Shown here piece by piece: positions 26,215-39,214 of a stretch of DNA of 64,000 nt. The notes beneath the pieces are model-generated. The model had not been told where the DNA came from, searched no databases, and saw nothing but the letters and a program-made list of their open reading frames with translations. Made by a program: the position numbers and the translations under genes. Within the stretch, counting starts at the first letter, position 1. Each line of letters starts with the position of its first letter. This DNA comes from Lingula anatina (Eukaryota > Animalia > Brachiopoda). The stretch covers positions 13,822,587-13,886,586 of the forward strand of contig CM120648.1 of the NCBI GenBank assembly GCA_051362555.1. The letters run 5' to 3'.

Positions 26215-27170
26215 ATGCCCTATCACATGATAAAGACCAATGCCTAAATCGAGGCCTCTGTACGGAGGGTGGTCAACTATACATTATTATGTAAACCAGG
26301 TGAGCACGTCACTTTGCTGAGAGGTATTCAGATAGGACCAAGGTCAGTTGGAAAAGAAGGAAGTCTCACTGCTACAATTTCCACATGTAGGCCGAAATTC
26401 TGCCACTGAAACAGCAGTAATCTGTTGTAAGTACCGTAGAGATAATATAAGATTACACTTCTGATTATGTGTGGATGACATTTTCCCAAAACGGTACATT
26501 TTCTATTGAAGTCGTATTGACCATGGGGACATGTAAATGACGTGTACGTCATTTTCTCCTAGAAGTCCAAAATGAGCTTGAAATAAAATAGCTTATTTTC
26601 TGTTATTATTTTCTAGAGGGAACTCACTTGCCAATAAAGAAGCAAGAAGATTATTCCAGTTGTCCAGAGACATGTTATTCCATCTTAAACAAAGCAAGAC
26701 GACAAGGCAGGTGACTGTATATGCAGCTCTTTATTGGATGCCCTTTCATTCCTATAACCATAGCATTTTTTTTCAAAGAATCAAGTGTCTCCTGTTTTTT
26801 AGAATAAACTAAAAAAAAGTAATAATATCACTGTAAATTAAGTTCGTGGTTGCATAGAATGTGTTGCGTTTATATATTTTTTATATTATATGATTTTTAT
26901 ATTTCGTCATGAATTCCGAAATGAATTGCTATAATAGTTATATTCGTCTTTATAGAACATTTAGATCCTGTCTTGTGAATGTAAATTTTGTTTAATTTAT
27001 TTCAATTTCATTTAATTCCAGTGACTTTTAACTACCGTTTATGAAAATGGATTGGCCCCCAACAAAGATATCCACTTCGTGTTCGACAGTGCCCGCACCC
27101 ATGTCAAGATTGTCTCGCTTGCCGAAGTTTGTCTTAAAGTTAATTTGCAGGGTTGACATTTGATTTGGTT
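26215..27170 (+). pseudogene. Possible decayed multi-exon fragment with an EGF-like motif
   Basis: DQCLNRGLCTEG(frameshift)VNYTLLCKP ends at ag|GTGAGC (26300). A 94-nt exon 26617-26710 lies between ttttctAG and GTGACT. A further acceptor aattccAG is at ~27020. Confidence 0.3.
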
Positions 27171-28843
27171 TGAAATGTAATGTTTGTATTGTGTTGTAAT
27201 ATTCTGCACCAGAACGTGCATCAAATGAAGTGTAGCGTGTAACGAGCGCTTTAATCATGAAACTTCTGATATAAATGGACTAAATCCAAGCGTCAGCCCT
27301 GCACGTCACTAGTTTATTACTCGAGATATGTTAATAAGTTGAAGCACAGCTCTCTATTCACACACGATGTATTTATTGTAATTAGTTTATATTTTTTTGT
27401 ATATACCCACCAGTTCTCGAACCTGAAACGACAGAAATAACGTCACTGAAATCCCTGTCGTGCTTAAATGATGCATAAAAACGAAAAATGATAAAAAATA
27501 TTGTAGAATTATCCCTTTAGGTGATGTCCAGGCAGAACACTATGATGGCACGACTGGTTTTCTGTTTGACTGTAAAATATGTGTGGACAAATTTGTAATA
27601 AGACAATTTGTTGTGCACTGGTAAATGCATGTTTATTCATATCAAATTGGATACAAATATTTATTTTAATGAAGTTTACTTTTGAAAAGGAAAAAATGTC
27701 GCACATCCATTACGTAAAATGCATATAGGATTCTTTTATTGTGGGTACAGTTGAAGAAGTGAACAAGAAGTAAATATGCAATAAACTTTTAATACAAATT
27801 ATTACACGTAAAAAATAACAGCAGTGTGAAATTGTAAAATGTGCTCAAGTAATTGCAGAAATGTCCACACGTATTGAAACGGATTTTTATCAAATTGTGA
27901 ATATGCGGTTATGACGCATGCTAAGAATGAATGGTTTACGGTGTTTTGATATAGTTTGTCTGATCAGTGACACACCCATAGTTTTATGTTTTATTGCTGG
28001 GAGGGGGTAGAAATGTTTGTGTTTTCAGAAAATCAAACCAGGGATTGGGCCAGTTTTTTTTTTTTTTTAATTAATGTTTTTGTTATTTCAGAAGGGAAAT
28101 TGACCTTTGGCCTGCAAAACAAAGAGGAAATGTTTGATGTACACAAAAAAAAAAAAAAAAAAAAAAAAAATGGATTGTAGAAAAATTTTTACTTTTGGCA
28201 TCTTTTGTCAATTAAGATGTATATGTAAGATTTGCATTTATCGCATCCTTATGCAACTCAAAATTTTGAGAAATTCTTATCAAATTCGTATCAATAACTA
28301 GTTGTCGCGTGTTTCTTTTTATGTTGTTCTTGTACCCGGTACTTTTTAAATTCTATTTTTCGGTCGGGATCAAGGGGTGATTGCGAAAAAAAAATGGAAG
28401 ATTAGTTGCCAGTCCTGCACGTGGGTTATTGTTGTTGAATGTTTCTTGATCACTGAACACCGGAGACCGTTGAATTCACAACCATTTTCTGAGTAAATGT
28501 GCTTAGTTATTTTAAGTAAACTGTTTTACCATAACCTTTTCAATTTTCTTTACATATTATTATTAAAAATTACTATGACTGGGATAAGGTTGTAAACTGA
28601 CCATGTCTTCATGCTGTTCTTGATTCGCACGACGCATAAATTTCCTATTTTAAGATTTAAAGAGGGGAAAATGACACAAAATATGAGGCACATATTCATT
28701 TATCTATGAGAAATGCATTCATCAAATTACAGAACTGAATAACGTTTGGCTGCTGTTTGGTGTTGTGTGCAATCATCAGCATGGCGACAGAGAGTAAGGT
28801 GTGGTGTCATGAGTGTGAACCCCTGTGGAGGGGATAACGTTTA

Positions 28844-29014
28844 CAGGCCTGTAGCCAGCAATTTCAAAGGGGGAGGGGAGTCTTTTTCTGAAAAAGTGGA
28901 CCTTTTACCATAAAATCCTCATGTACCTAGATTAAATTTTACCCAGATTGGAACTTTTCCCAGCAAAAAGTTTTTTTGAACCCCCCCCCCCAAACCCCCC
29001 TGGCTACGGGCCCG
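28844..29014. mobile_element. Short hAT-like MITE (CAGGCCYGTAGCCAG family)
   Basis: Termini caggcctgtagccag / ctggctacgggcccg, imperfect TSD gttta/gctta, and an inverted sister copy at 32378. Confidence 0.75.
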
Positions 29015-29609
29015 GCTTACATGAGATCCTATGCATTTTGAATTTTGGATGTCGTTACTAAGCTTGAATTTGGATAAAAATGTCCCTCGGTGAAATTTTC
29101 GATCAGTCATAAGACAAATACACCAATTTCAACTTTGAATGGTAGTTGTAAAATATATCACGTCCAATCTTCAATCAAAATGATTTATCTTGAGCGACAA
29201 TTTTCAAAATGCATAGAACATCCGACACATTTAGTCATGGATAGTTGTATTTAAGCTTGATTTACACCTCGAAATGCGAAGTCGTTCTGAAAATTACTTT
29301 TTATGTAGAGCCAAAACGTAATGTTCGGTTTTTGCATACATCTGTATGGTGCAATTGCTTGTATTTGTTATAATAAACGTTGTAATAGTAGTTTCAAAAT
29401 GTGCAAAATGTCTGTTGTTTACTCCTAACTTTCTTTTCTTCAGCTCGACTCGAACCTACGGCCTTCAGTTTCCTGGCCTTCTTCTGTCTCTTGTTCTGTC
29501 ACCTTACCTGTTGAGCCACTTTCTCAACTTGTTCGTCTGTGCAACTGCATGATCCCCTTGTAGTAGTTTAAATTGTTTATTTGGAAATATTTTTGCAAAA
29601 GGTAATTTG

Positions 29610-29825
29610 CTGGGACCTAGAAGAGCCAGGAATCTAACTGGCGACCTTCTGTTTCTGAGGCAAGCGCGTTACCTACTCCTCTAAGTGTTCCCACCCACCC
29701 TCCCCGGGTAGACTTTCTTCTTATAGTAACCAAAGGAAAATTTTAATAGCACCCCTGTTATTCCAAAGTGCCCGAGCCAGGAATCGAACCCCAACCCCAG
29801 GCTACCACTGAGCCTAGTGGCCGTC
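29610..29825 (-). mobile_element. tRNA-derived SINE remnants (two heads)
   Basis: Minus strand reads ggctcagtggt (A box) ... ggttcgattcctggctcggg (B box). A second degenerate B-box segment gttagattcctggctc lies at ~29625-29640. Confidence 0.6.
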
Positions 29826-30134
29826 AGTAAAAACATTAACACATTTTGTATATTCAATAAGTGTTTTATTAAGAGCAAAACAAATTGCTATTTATTCAAT
29901 TATTTGTAAGACATAAATCTGTAAAACATTATTGTCTTAAGTATTTTATTACTACAAGTTTAAAAGGGTTCGAGTATCTGAAAGAATATAATTGATGTCT
30001 GTATTTAAACTCACTTAAAGGTGTAACAAATATAACATTTTTATCTATACGATTTGACAAATAAACTATCTACCGCACTAATTGTCTTATGTTTGATTTT
30101 TATCACACAAACAAAATATTTCAACTGAAAAAAA

Positions 30135-30271
30135 CAATGGTGGATCTAGTCTCCGCCCTCCCCCGAGGAGAGAGACCCATTCTGGACTCACATGATCAAG
30201 TCCTCCAAATACTCCATCTCGCCCCAAAGGTCAACCTCTGATCCCATTAAAATATCCTTGATCCACCAGTG
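30135..30271. mobile_element. Short MITE-like element
   Basis: Terminal inverted repeat caatggtggatc / gatccaccagtg (11/12). No clear TSD. Confidence 0.5.
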
Positions 30272-32377
30272 TATTTCTCTACATAACAAAAAAAATTATG
30301 AGATTTTTATAAAATGCTCTGTTTAAAATTGAACGCTTTTTTAAGTCGGACACGTAGCGTCGAGAAGAAAAAAAGAACACACTTTCGTTATGTTTGGCAA
30401 AAAAACGTGTCAAAAGTCCTGTATAAAAACATACAGCGTTTATGCAGCTATTGACAAAATGGAAAGAATAATTAGCAATAGATTACACACGGAAAATGAA
30501 ATTTAAAAAAATCCCTTACAAAAGCTATATAGAAAACAAATAACATGTTCACCTATGAAATCTGGATTAAAATCCAAGGGAGAGATCTCGATGTTTCTAA
30601 CATTTCCTACATCCATTTCCATTGTAAGAACTACATTCAGAGATAAATACTAAAACAAGAAAGAAGTTTCTTTACCATCCTATTACATGTATCAAATCAG
30701 CTTTTCAAGAAGGGAATTTTCGCAAATGGAAATTGAAATTCGTTAATTCTACATACTTCACTAGTAAAACAAAATAATCGAACTTGATTCGCAAAATTAC
30801 ATCTCTTACTCAACAAGACAGCAAATATTCAAATTTTAAGAGACGATATGCCTTTTTTTCTCATCTTAATATCAAAAGAAAGACATGCAATGAGATTTCA
30901 GTCCATTTAGATTTCAGTCCATTTGAAGGATGAGACTGAAGAATAAAGTCACGCCGGTAAAAACAGAAATTAAGAATTCGACACCGTAGAACTTATCAAC
31001 GTTTTTGATAATGTGTCCTTTGGTGATTTAGGTGAAATTGTTTATTTATATCGCAGAAAAATATTTGTCTTTAAACCGACATAAAATTGATTTTTTGCGC
31101 AATCTAAACTAGGAATTCACGACTTGCTGTCTTGCTGAAGAATACAGCCAATAGTACCATTTCACAAATGTCAAGGCGACAAACATATGACTACGATAGT
31201 ATAGAACATATTTCAGTGCGTGGGGGCGGATTATCGAAATAAAGCAAATAGTTTTGTAACTTATGACCATGCATTCTGATATATGATCACGTCAAAAAAT
31301 ATACTACATTTAATTCGCAAGAGACCTCAAATTCGAGATGTAATATGATATAAAACACGCAAAAGACACCTTTAGACAGAGCCTTTTCAAATCTGTTCCA
31401 AACAGCATTTCGGGCTATCAGCTCTCCCCTATGTCTTGAAGGGTTCATCTTATAATCAATACAACTTCAATTTAGCTCACACATTTAAATGAAGTGAAAT
31501 ATTAAATCTTGATTTATGAAATCTTGCCAATATTCAAAATGGAAATATATTACTATACCCCCTTAATAATTGAATTATGTTCTTTACTACGGAAATGGAC
31601 GTTTGTTACTATATAATATCCTTTAATTCCACTGATAACTGCTCACTAAATATCAACATGTCAATAGCCTTATTCTCACAAGTAATTTTACAGCATTTTC
31701 CCCTCTTTGGCCATTTCTCAGGGTAAATTTCGACTGCCACTACTATTTCTACCGATGAAGCTCAAAATATTGAACATGAAGTGCAACTGCATTTTTCTGT
31801 TTCATGAGACGTGATGAGATGAAGTGAAGGAGAAAATAAATGGTACCGTACGTGGGGAAAATGTTGGGAAATGGTCACAACCACTTTTAAGCAAACGGGC
31901 GCCAAAATACTTCTCAAAAATAGATCACAATTTACTTATCGCCAAATATCTAACATTGATTTCTTAAGACTTTACGTTGGTTTGACTGAAATTACGATAT
32001 TCGTATACTTAATATCTAGGTCGCCTTCGCTCCACTTCCTGATCACTCAGCACTGAGGAAGTGACGTCTCCTTCCAGGCTGTCCATCCCATTACATTCAT
32101 GGTAGGGGAGGTAGCAGGCTGAAGTGGCCGCCTTTCCCATTCAGCTCTTACCAATATTTTACGGATGAAACTTCGTTTGAAATATACAACATTAAAAATA
32201 CAAAGGACGAACTTTTGGTCAGCATATTTCAAATTTTGCCAGAAGAAAATTGGCCTCAGATCGTTATCCACCCCAAACTGAAACGACATTAGGTCACTGG
32301 CTGTCTTGATATGACGCAATATGGCACACTCATTTTAATATCTGAGCAGTTTTTGTTATGTTTTGACCAACTAGACT

Positions 32378-32554
32378 CAGGCCCGTAGCCAGGGAGGATC
32401 GGGGGGGGGGGGGGTTTCTAATGACCTCCCCCTATTTGCCTGGAAAAGGCCCCCTCTGGATAAAATTTTATTTAGGCGCATGATGGTTTCATGGTAAAAG
32501 GTCCACTTTTTCAGAGAAAGAACCCTACTTTTGAAATTGCTGGTCACGGGCCTG
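32378..32554. mobile_element. Short hAT-like MITE, same family as 28844, opposite orientation
   Basis: caggcccgtagccag ... ctggtcacgggcctg. Flanks tagact/tagacc form a 6-bp TSD with 1 mismatch. The internal aaaaggtccactttttcaga is shared with the 28844 copy. Confidence 0.8.
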
Positions 32555-33626
32555 TAGACCGTGCTGCTGAGCCAATCTGGAGGAAAATACAAAATGCTGC
32601 AGCTTGGCAGCTGGTTTTAGATTTACAATTTTAGGGACATGGGATGGACAGCAGATTACAATGATTAAATGTTTTTAATTGCACAATAAAATAAAATTTG
32701 AGACATTTGAATGTAATTCTCTCATACAATGTGTATCTTCACATTCTCTCATGAATACATGCGTCTTTGGCCGTGTGTGAGCGCGCGTGCTCGTTCTCTG
32801 TTGTAAGCAAATGTGCCACGATTTACATCCGATTGGGGATTTGTCATTAATAAAGTAGTAGACATATATAAGAATGGCATAAAAGCTACAGGTTATCTAC
32901 ATACTATTAATGCTGTTCACGATCAGCCACTGATCAGCTATGACCGATTACTGAATATAAAAAAACACATAATCGATGAAAGGTGCGAAACATTATAAAG
33001 GCCTACATTTGGCAAAACAGCATTTTTTTCTCATTTCTCTTAGTTGAAATATTATCTTGATATAATGCTTATTTCAGTATATTAAGGCTATCGCCCTGAC
33101 TACAAAGTTCTAATTACATGTATGTATTAATTGTATTAGTAACGGTCATTTATAATGATAAAAATAATAATAACAACAACAACATCAACAAACGGATCGG
33201 AGAATTCATCCTTGTATGTGTTCGGCTCTTAATTTGAAAGCTGAGAACACATATTTCATTAGACATATCAATAATTCAACATTCAGTTCGCATAAACTTA
33301 TCGAGGTCTGGCTGACAAGCATATCTGTTTTGAAAATACTTTTTCTATTAGATTTTTGTAAAATTCATACTTTACTATAAAGTGCTTTTCAGTTTCTACT
33401 CTATGTTGGCATACAGCACATAGAATAATCTTCATATGGATATACATGTATAGATCTTGATAGTACCGCAATATAAATGCTTATCTTGATATATAGAATC
33501 AAAGATGACAGATGGATAATAAGGCTGACAGGACTGAATGTTTTTAATTGCACAATAAAATTAAATTTGATGAATGCGATTCTCTCATACAATGTATATC
33601 TTCATATTCTCTCATGAATACATGCG

Positions 33627-33842
33627 ACCAAGATATGGACATAGGCAACAAGAGAAGCCTCGTAAGAGATGGAGGGATGAATTAGACGAGTACTGGGGAA
33701 ATAAAACTGGATTGTAAAGTGCCAGACAGAATAAAACCAAACTGGAGTGTTAAGTGCAAGGCAGAATACGCTGGAAGAAGCAGGCTGAGGCTTTTTTCCA
33801 ACACTGGAACAATTTAAGCTCTGAACGCTGACGATGATGATA
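33627..33842 (+). mobile_element. 3' end of an RTE-clade LINE
   Basis: PRYGHRQQEKPRKRWRDELDEYWG...RWKKQAEAFFQHW resembles the RTE C-terminus (RGRP..RW.D...W....EAF.QQW) and is followed by a (GAT)n tail. Confidence 0.75.
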
Positions 33843-34984
33843 TAAACGTAATAAAAATAAGGATGACAAAGAACAAACGTCCTTTTCCATTGCATCATTC
33901 ACCAACCCACGGCCTGTATCTAGGGTGACCAAGCTTTAATCCACAAGTCTTCAAAATAAATAATATAATAATATAAAATAAAATAAAATAAAATGAAAAG
34001 CAAATCACCAAAAAAACGCCTTAAACCATTTATTCTAACATATGGACTATTGAAACGAAACTCCCTACTGGGTTACACTACGCATAGGCATACAGTTGGT
34101 GTCGGGCAGGGGTCTGAGAGGGGAATCCCACCCCTCAACTATATGTATTTTAACTACGTAAAGGCGCTCTGGTTAAGAGGTCCTGTCCGCCTCGTTAATT
34201 CTATGTTGCAATACAATATTGCGTCTCTTTTAGAGACCCTAGTCAGCCTATGTCCAAATAAAGTGCATAATGATTCCTTTAGCCCCCACCCCCCTCATCG
34301 CGTCCCCAATTTAGTTTGAAAATTTTCAATTATTTACCTACCCCACTTAAAATATATTCTGTAAAAGGTATACTCCATTAGAGGAACCAGATTGCTTCTT
34401 TAGATCTTGTTCGTTTTGGACATATGTTAAGGAAGAACAACGCGCACGAACAAATCACTGCTATGTTTCTCTGTAAGAACCGCGCCGTCTGTAGCAGCGT
34501 GTATCGATCGTGATCTCTTTGGTAGATGCACTGTGTGGTGTGTTGCCGAATCCTATGGAGTTTGTCGTTTGGGACAAGTTGAAGCCAGAATCCATGGACA
34601 TGATCCACTGTTACCTGTTGTGAGCTAAACGTCATCTGAAACAGACAAGGAAACAAAACTTAAAATTGCGCTGGTGCAAACCATTATTTAACCATTCGTT
34701 TCCTGGAGATACAGGATCAAATCTTTTACTTGATGTAGTCTGTGTAAACAACATAAAGAACAGATATCTTATATTCAGAGACCAAGTTCGGTGTTTATAA
34801 GTTTATTTAGTATTGAAAACGTGCATGAACAGTTTCAGACAAAGTTCACAATTTCACGCCTTTGTTAATCTAGACACTAAGTAAATTATTTCTCAATAAA
34901 AGAACACCATCATGTGCGTAAATATACTGTCCTTCGTACACCAGGTACGTAGAAAGACAAAAATCACCTATAGCGCACTCATCC

Positions 34985-35290
34985 AGAACTCTAATTAATA
35001 ACAAATCTGTGTCTGGGTTATTCTATGCTGATGGCCAGGTTTTCTTTTCAAAAAGCCCATTATTTCTCCAATATATAGCCTGGATTGCCTAAAAAGTATT
35101 GCAAACTATGGAGACTTTCGATAAACATAACAAATCAAGTAATTATTTTCAACAGCAAGGGAAAAATCATAGACGGCAGCACTCAAAGCAAACACAAATT
35201 TTACGTTGGTGGCGAACTACTCACTATTTCATCTAGCTACAACTACACTGTGCCTAGGAATTCTTTTCACTAGATCTATACATTTAAAAA

Positions 35291-35365
<75 letters not shown>

Positions 35366-35700
35366 GGACGTTGTTCACGATGCTGAAAAAACCTAAGTCG
35401 TTTCGCACCAGTGGACATAAATTCACATTGGAACAAACAGATACACTCCTCGGTATACGACAGAATACGCTATTACTGCTCTAAAGACAAAATTGAATAT
35501 GAAAAACACTTTCTTATAACCTGCCCCCTGTACAAAGACCTGCATACCATAGTATACCAGGTATTTAGAAAACACTACACACACTTTGGCCTCAGAACAT
35601 TTGATGAAAAGTTTACCATCATTATGAAATCCCAAGAAAAGAAACTCATTGCATTAGCTCAGTTTGTCTCCTCTGGTTTTGCTAGGAGACAGTGCTGCAC
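34985..35700 (+). mobile_element. Internally deleted LINE ORF2 relic (RT C-terminal part plus C-terminal CCHC region), split by a (TA)n tract
   Basis: LFYADG..., KYCKLWRLSINI, KFYVGGELL, LGILF, then FRTSGHK and IEYEKHFLITCPLYKDL. Confidence 0.8.
35294..35363. repeat. (TA)n microsatellite
   Basis: Perfect TA run. Confidence 0.97.
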
Positions 35701-36009
35701 CCATCGGCAATTGAGTAGTAGTAATAGTAACTTGAGTTAAATAACGAACACATAACTTGGATTAAGTAAGGATTAAGTAAGAAGTCTTACATATTGTAAT
35801 TGGTTAATAGCATACTCATTTTAAATTGTATTAAGGTCCTATGCATCATAGAAGTTTACAGACATTTAAAATCAAGTGGCAGTGTAAGAACGTAAGCTTT
35901 AAATAGCAGATTTACAGTACTGGTAATGAACCATCTCCTGTCACATACTAATGTCGCCAAGTTTCATCTCAATCCAGAGACCTTTTTAGGGTAAATGTGC
36001 CCTCTTGAT

Positions 36010-36110
36010 TCTGTTGAGGTCGTCTCAACCATGATTGTGACGAACTCCACAAATATCACCTAATTGTGTTAGTGAAGACAGAACGTGAGAAGTGAAGGGG
36101 GAGGGGCACC
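36010..36110. repeat. Unclassified interspersed repeat, copy 1 of 4 (others ~39530-39700, ~42220-42300, ~58975-59140)
   Basis: Shared core gtctcaac(c)atgattgtgacg...cca...atca...attgtg.tagtgaagac. Confidence 0.75.
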
Positions 36111-36289
36111 TCCCGCCTGTGATGTACGGCAGACAGTATGTAAGTGCATTCCGATGATTGTAGTGTCTGAAGGAGAAATGGAGTTGGGAGGGGGAAATAT
36201 AACGGAGACGGATGTGGGTTGAATAGATGGATGGCGTGTATTAAAATATGTAAAGGTAGAGTGGTAAATGGAATTAAAGGAAACATTTT

Positions 36290-36575
36290 CATTAAAAACT
36301 GGGTCTAATTTACTGTATCGTGTGACGATAAATTCTAATTTGTCGGCTCATAGTGTTTACAAGCAAACCGTTGATATCCAGGAGTATAAAAGGCTTACAT
36401 TCACACGTCTCCACACTTTGTCACATAACCTGGCTATACAAACTGGGCGTTGGAGCCGTATCAATAGAGAGGAGACACGCTGTGTTTGCGGGATGTCAGT
36501 GCAAACAGAGAGGCATGTTCTGCTTGAATGACGTATGACTAAACAACTAACAGAGCAGTATGAACACAACTTTAA
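36290..36575 (+). mobile_element. LINE 3'-end relic (C-terminal cysteine/histidine domain)
   Basis: FTRLHTLSHNLAIQTGRWSRINREETRCVCGMSVQTERHVLLE matches the RLRLSSH.L.IETGRW.R...R.C.C....E.H.LL.C motif. Confidence 0.8.
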
Positions 36576-36986
36576 TAGCAGGGGCGGACCCAGGACAGGC
36601 CGCGGATGCAAACCCGACCCTTCCCACCCCCACCCCTCTCTTGGCGTGGGGTTCGGGGCCCGCTGTAGGGCCCCGAAATTATTTGGTATTTTAGAGGTAT
36701 AATTATTTATCAGCAGCTCCGAGTAATAAGGCCTGTGTATGTACGTTTGTGTGTTTTTTTAATTGTGCATTACTTTTTGTTGTTTATGTTGCAACACCTA
36801 CAACTAATTCTAGGGGAGAGGAAGAAAGACAAACAAAAAATATCAGTTCGTTACAATAGTCGACCTAACTCACGGGGAACAGATATTCTCAGGTTATCCC
36901 CGACAATACCTTGAGCATAAGAGATTTCTGGAAACTCACCTCAGCATACCTCTGGGGCGGTGTAAGTTGTAGTAACAGAAGACGTT

Positions 36987-38835
36987 CTAGTAGTAGCAAG
37001 TACATTGTAGTAGAAGTAGTAGTAGTAGCAGTAGCAGTAGCAGTAGCAGCAGCAGTAGCAATAGCAGTAGTAGCAGTAGTACTAGCAGTAGCAGTAGCAA
37101 TAGTAGCAGTAGCAGTAGCAGTAGTTGTAGTAGTAGTAGCAATAGTAGTAGTAGTGGAAGCAGTAGTAGTAGCAGTAGTAGTAGCAGTAGTAGCATCAGC
37201 AGCAGGAGCAGTACTAAAAGCAGTAGCAGTAGTAGCGGCAGCAGAATTAGTAGCAGTAGTACTAGCAGTAGCAGTAGCAGCAGTAGTAGTAGTAGTAGTA
37301 GCAGGAGCAGTTGCAGTAGTAGCAGCAGTAGCAGTAGTAGTAGCAGTAGTAGCAGTAGCAATAGTAGTAGTAGTAGTAGTAGTAGTAGTACAGTAGTAGC
37401 AGTAGTAGTAGCAGTAGTAGCAGCAGCAGAAGTTGTAGAAGCAGAAAAGGTTCTAGCAGTAGCAATAGCAGTAGTAGCAGTAGTACAGTAGTAGTAGTAG
37501 TAGTAGTAGCAGTAGTAGCAGTAGCAATAGTAGTAGTAGTACAGCAGTAGTAGTAGTAGCAGTAGCAGTAGCAGTAGCAGCAGTAGCAGTAGCAGTAGCA
37601 GTAGTAGTAGTAGTAGTAGCAGTAGTAGTAGTAGTAGCAGCAGCAGCATCAGCAGTAGTAGTAGTAGTAGTAGTAGTAGTAGCAGTAGTAGCAGTAGCAG
37701 TAGCAATAGTAGCAGTAGCAGTTGCAGTAGCAGTAGTAGCAGTGGCAGTAGCAGTAGTAGTAGTAGTAGCAGTAGTAGCAGGAGTAGTAGTAGTAGCAGC
37801 AGTAGTAGTAGCAGTAGCAGTAGCAGTAGTAGCAGGAGTAGTAGTAGTAGTAGCAGCAGTAGTAGTAATAGCAGCAGTAGTAGTAGTAGCAGCAGTAGTA
37901 GTAATAGCAGCAGCAGAAGCGGCAGCAGTAGTAGTAGTAGTAATAGTAGCAGTAGTAGTGGCAGTAGTAGTAACAGTAGCAGCAGCAGTAGCAGTAGTAG
38001 CAACAGTAGAAGGAGTAGTAGAAGAAGTAGTAGTAGTTGTTGTAGCAGTAGCAGTAAGTAGTAGTAGCAGCAGCAGCAGTAGTAGTAGCAGTAGAAGGAG
38101 TAGCAGTAGCAGTAGCAGTAGCAGCAGCAGTAGCAATAGCAGTAGTAGCAGTAGTACTAGCAATGCTAGAAGTAGTAGTAGTAGTAGTAGTAGCAGCAGT
38201 AGCAGTAGTAGCAGCAGTAGTAGTAGTAGTAATAGCAGTAGCAGAAGTAGCAGTAGTAGCAGTAGTAGTAGCAGTAGTAGTAGTAGTAGTAGCAGCAGTA
38301 AAGGTTATAGCAGTAGCAGTAGTAGCAGTAGCAGTACTAGCAGCAGTGGCAGTAGTAGTAGTAATAACAATAGCAGTAGCAGTAGTACTGCCTCTGCTAC
38401 TACTACTACCGCTACTACTATTACTACTGCTACTACTGCTACTACTACTTCAACTGCTACTGCTACTATTACTACTGCTACTACTGCTTCTTCTGCTTCT
38501 GATACTGCTACTATTACTACTACTACTACTACTACTACTACTGTTATTACTACTACTACCGCTGCTACTACTGCTACTGCTGCTACTACTACTACTACTG
38601 CTATTACTACTGGTACTACTACTGCTATTACTACTGCTACTGCTATTACTGCTGGAACTACTACTGCTAGTACTACTGGTACTACTACTACTACTACTAC
38701 TTGTACTGTTACTGCTACTACTGCTTGTACTGTTACTACTATTACCTTTACTGCTACTGCAACTGCTGCTTCTACTTCTACTGCTATTGCTGCTACTGCT
38801 AACACTGCTTCTGCTACTGCTTCTACAACTTGTAC
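36987..38835. repeat. Compound (AGT/AGC)n trinucleotide microsatellite that flips to (ACT/GCT)n at ~38387 (fold-back)
   Basis: About 1.4 kb of tag/cag triplets, a central agtact, then ~0.45 kb of the reverse-complement triplets. Confidence 0.95.
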
Positions 38836-38970
38836 CTCTCCAGAGAATGCAGAGACCACTCACGTTCGCTTTTATTCTGAACAAATTCTAGCATGGACTG
38901 GGGCTCTGTGTTCAGGGGGGGGGGGGGGGGGCACCACTGGTACCAGGAAGATGGGGCTACCCCTCATAAG

Positions 38971-39214
38971 CCTAGGTCCCAACCGAACGTACCGTACGGT
39001 ACGGGATGCTACGTGTGGTCTACGGCCAAAGAAATGGGGAAAACGTGGGAGTTCGTGCGTGAGGAGCACGTCCATCGTGCGACTTTTGGAGGACGCAAAC
39101 AGCACGTAAAAACTTTTCGACATGGTCAACAGCCGCTACGAGCGATCTAGCTACGTCCTAGCCGGACGCAAGGAACCTAAAAACCGTGCGTTCAAAACGT
39201 AGTTGGGACCTAGG
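38971..39214. mobile_element. ~245-bp MITE-like element
   Basis: Perfect 13-bp terminal inverted repeat cctaggtcccaac / gttgggacctagg. Confidence 0.6.

Noticed and set aside
36911-39109. Long poly-Leu/Val/Ser/Thr ORFs as a mucin or antifreeze-like gene
   Set aside because: They are by-products of a trinucleotide repeat, with no signal peptide, credible start or splice context.
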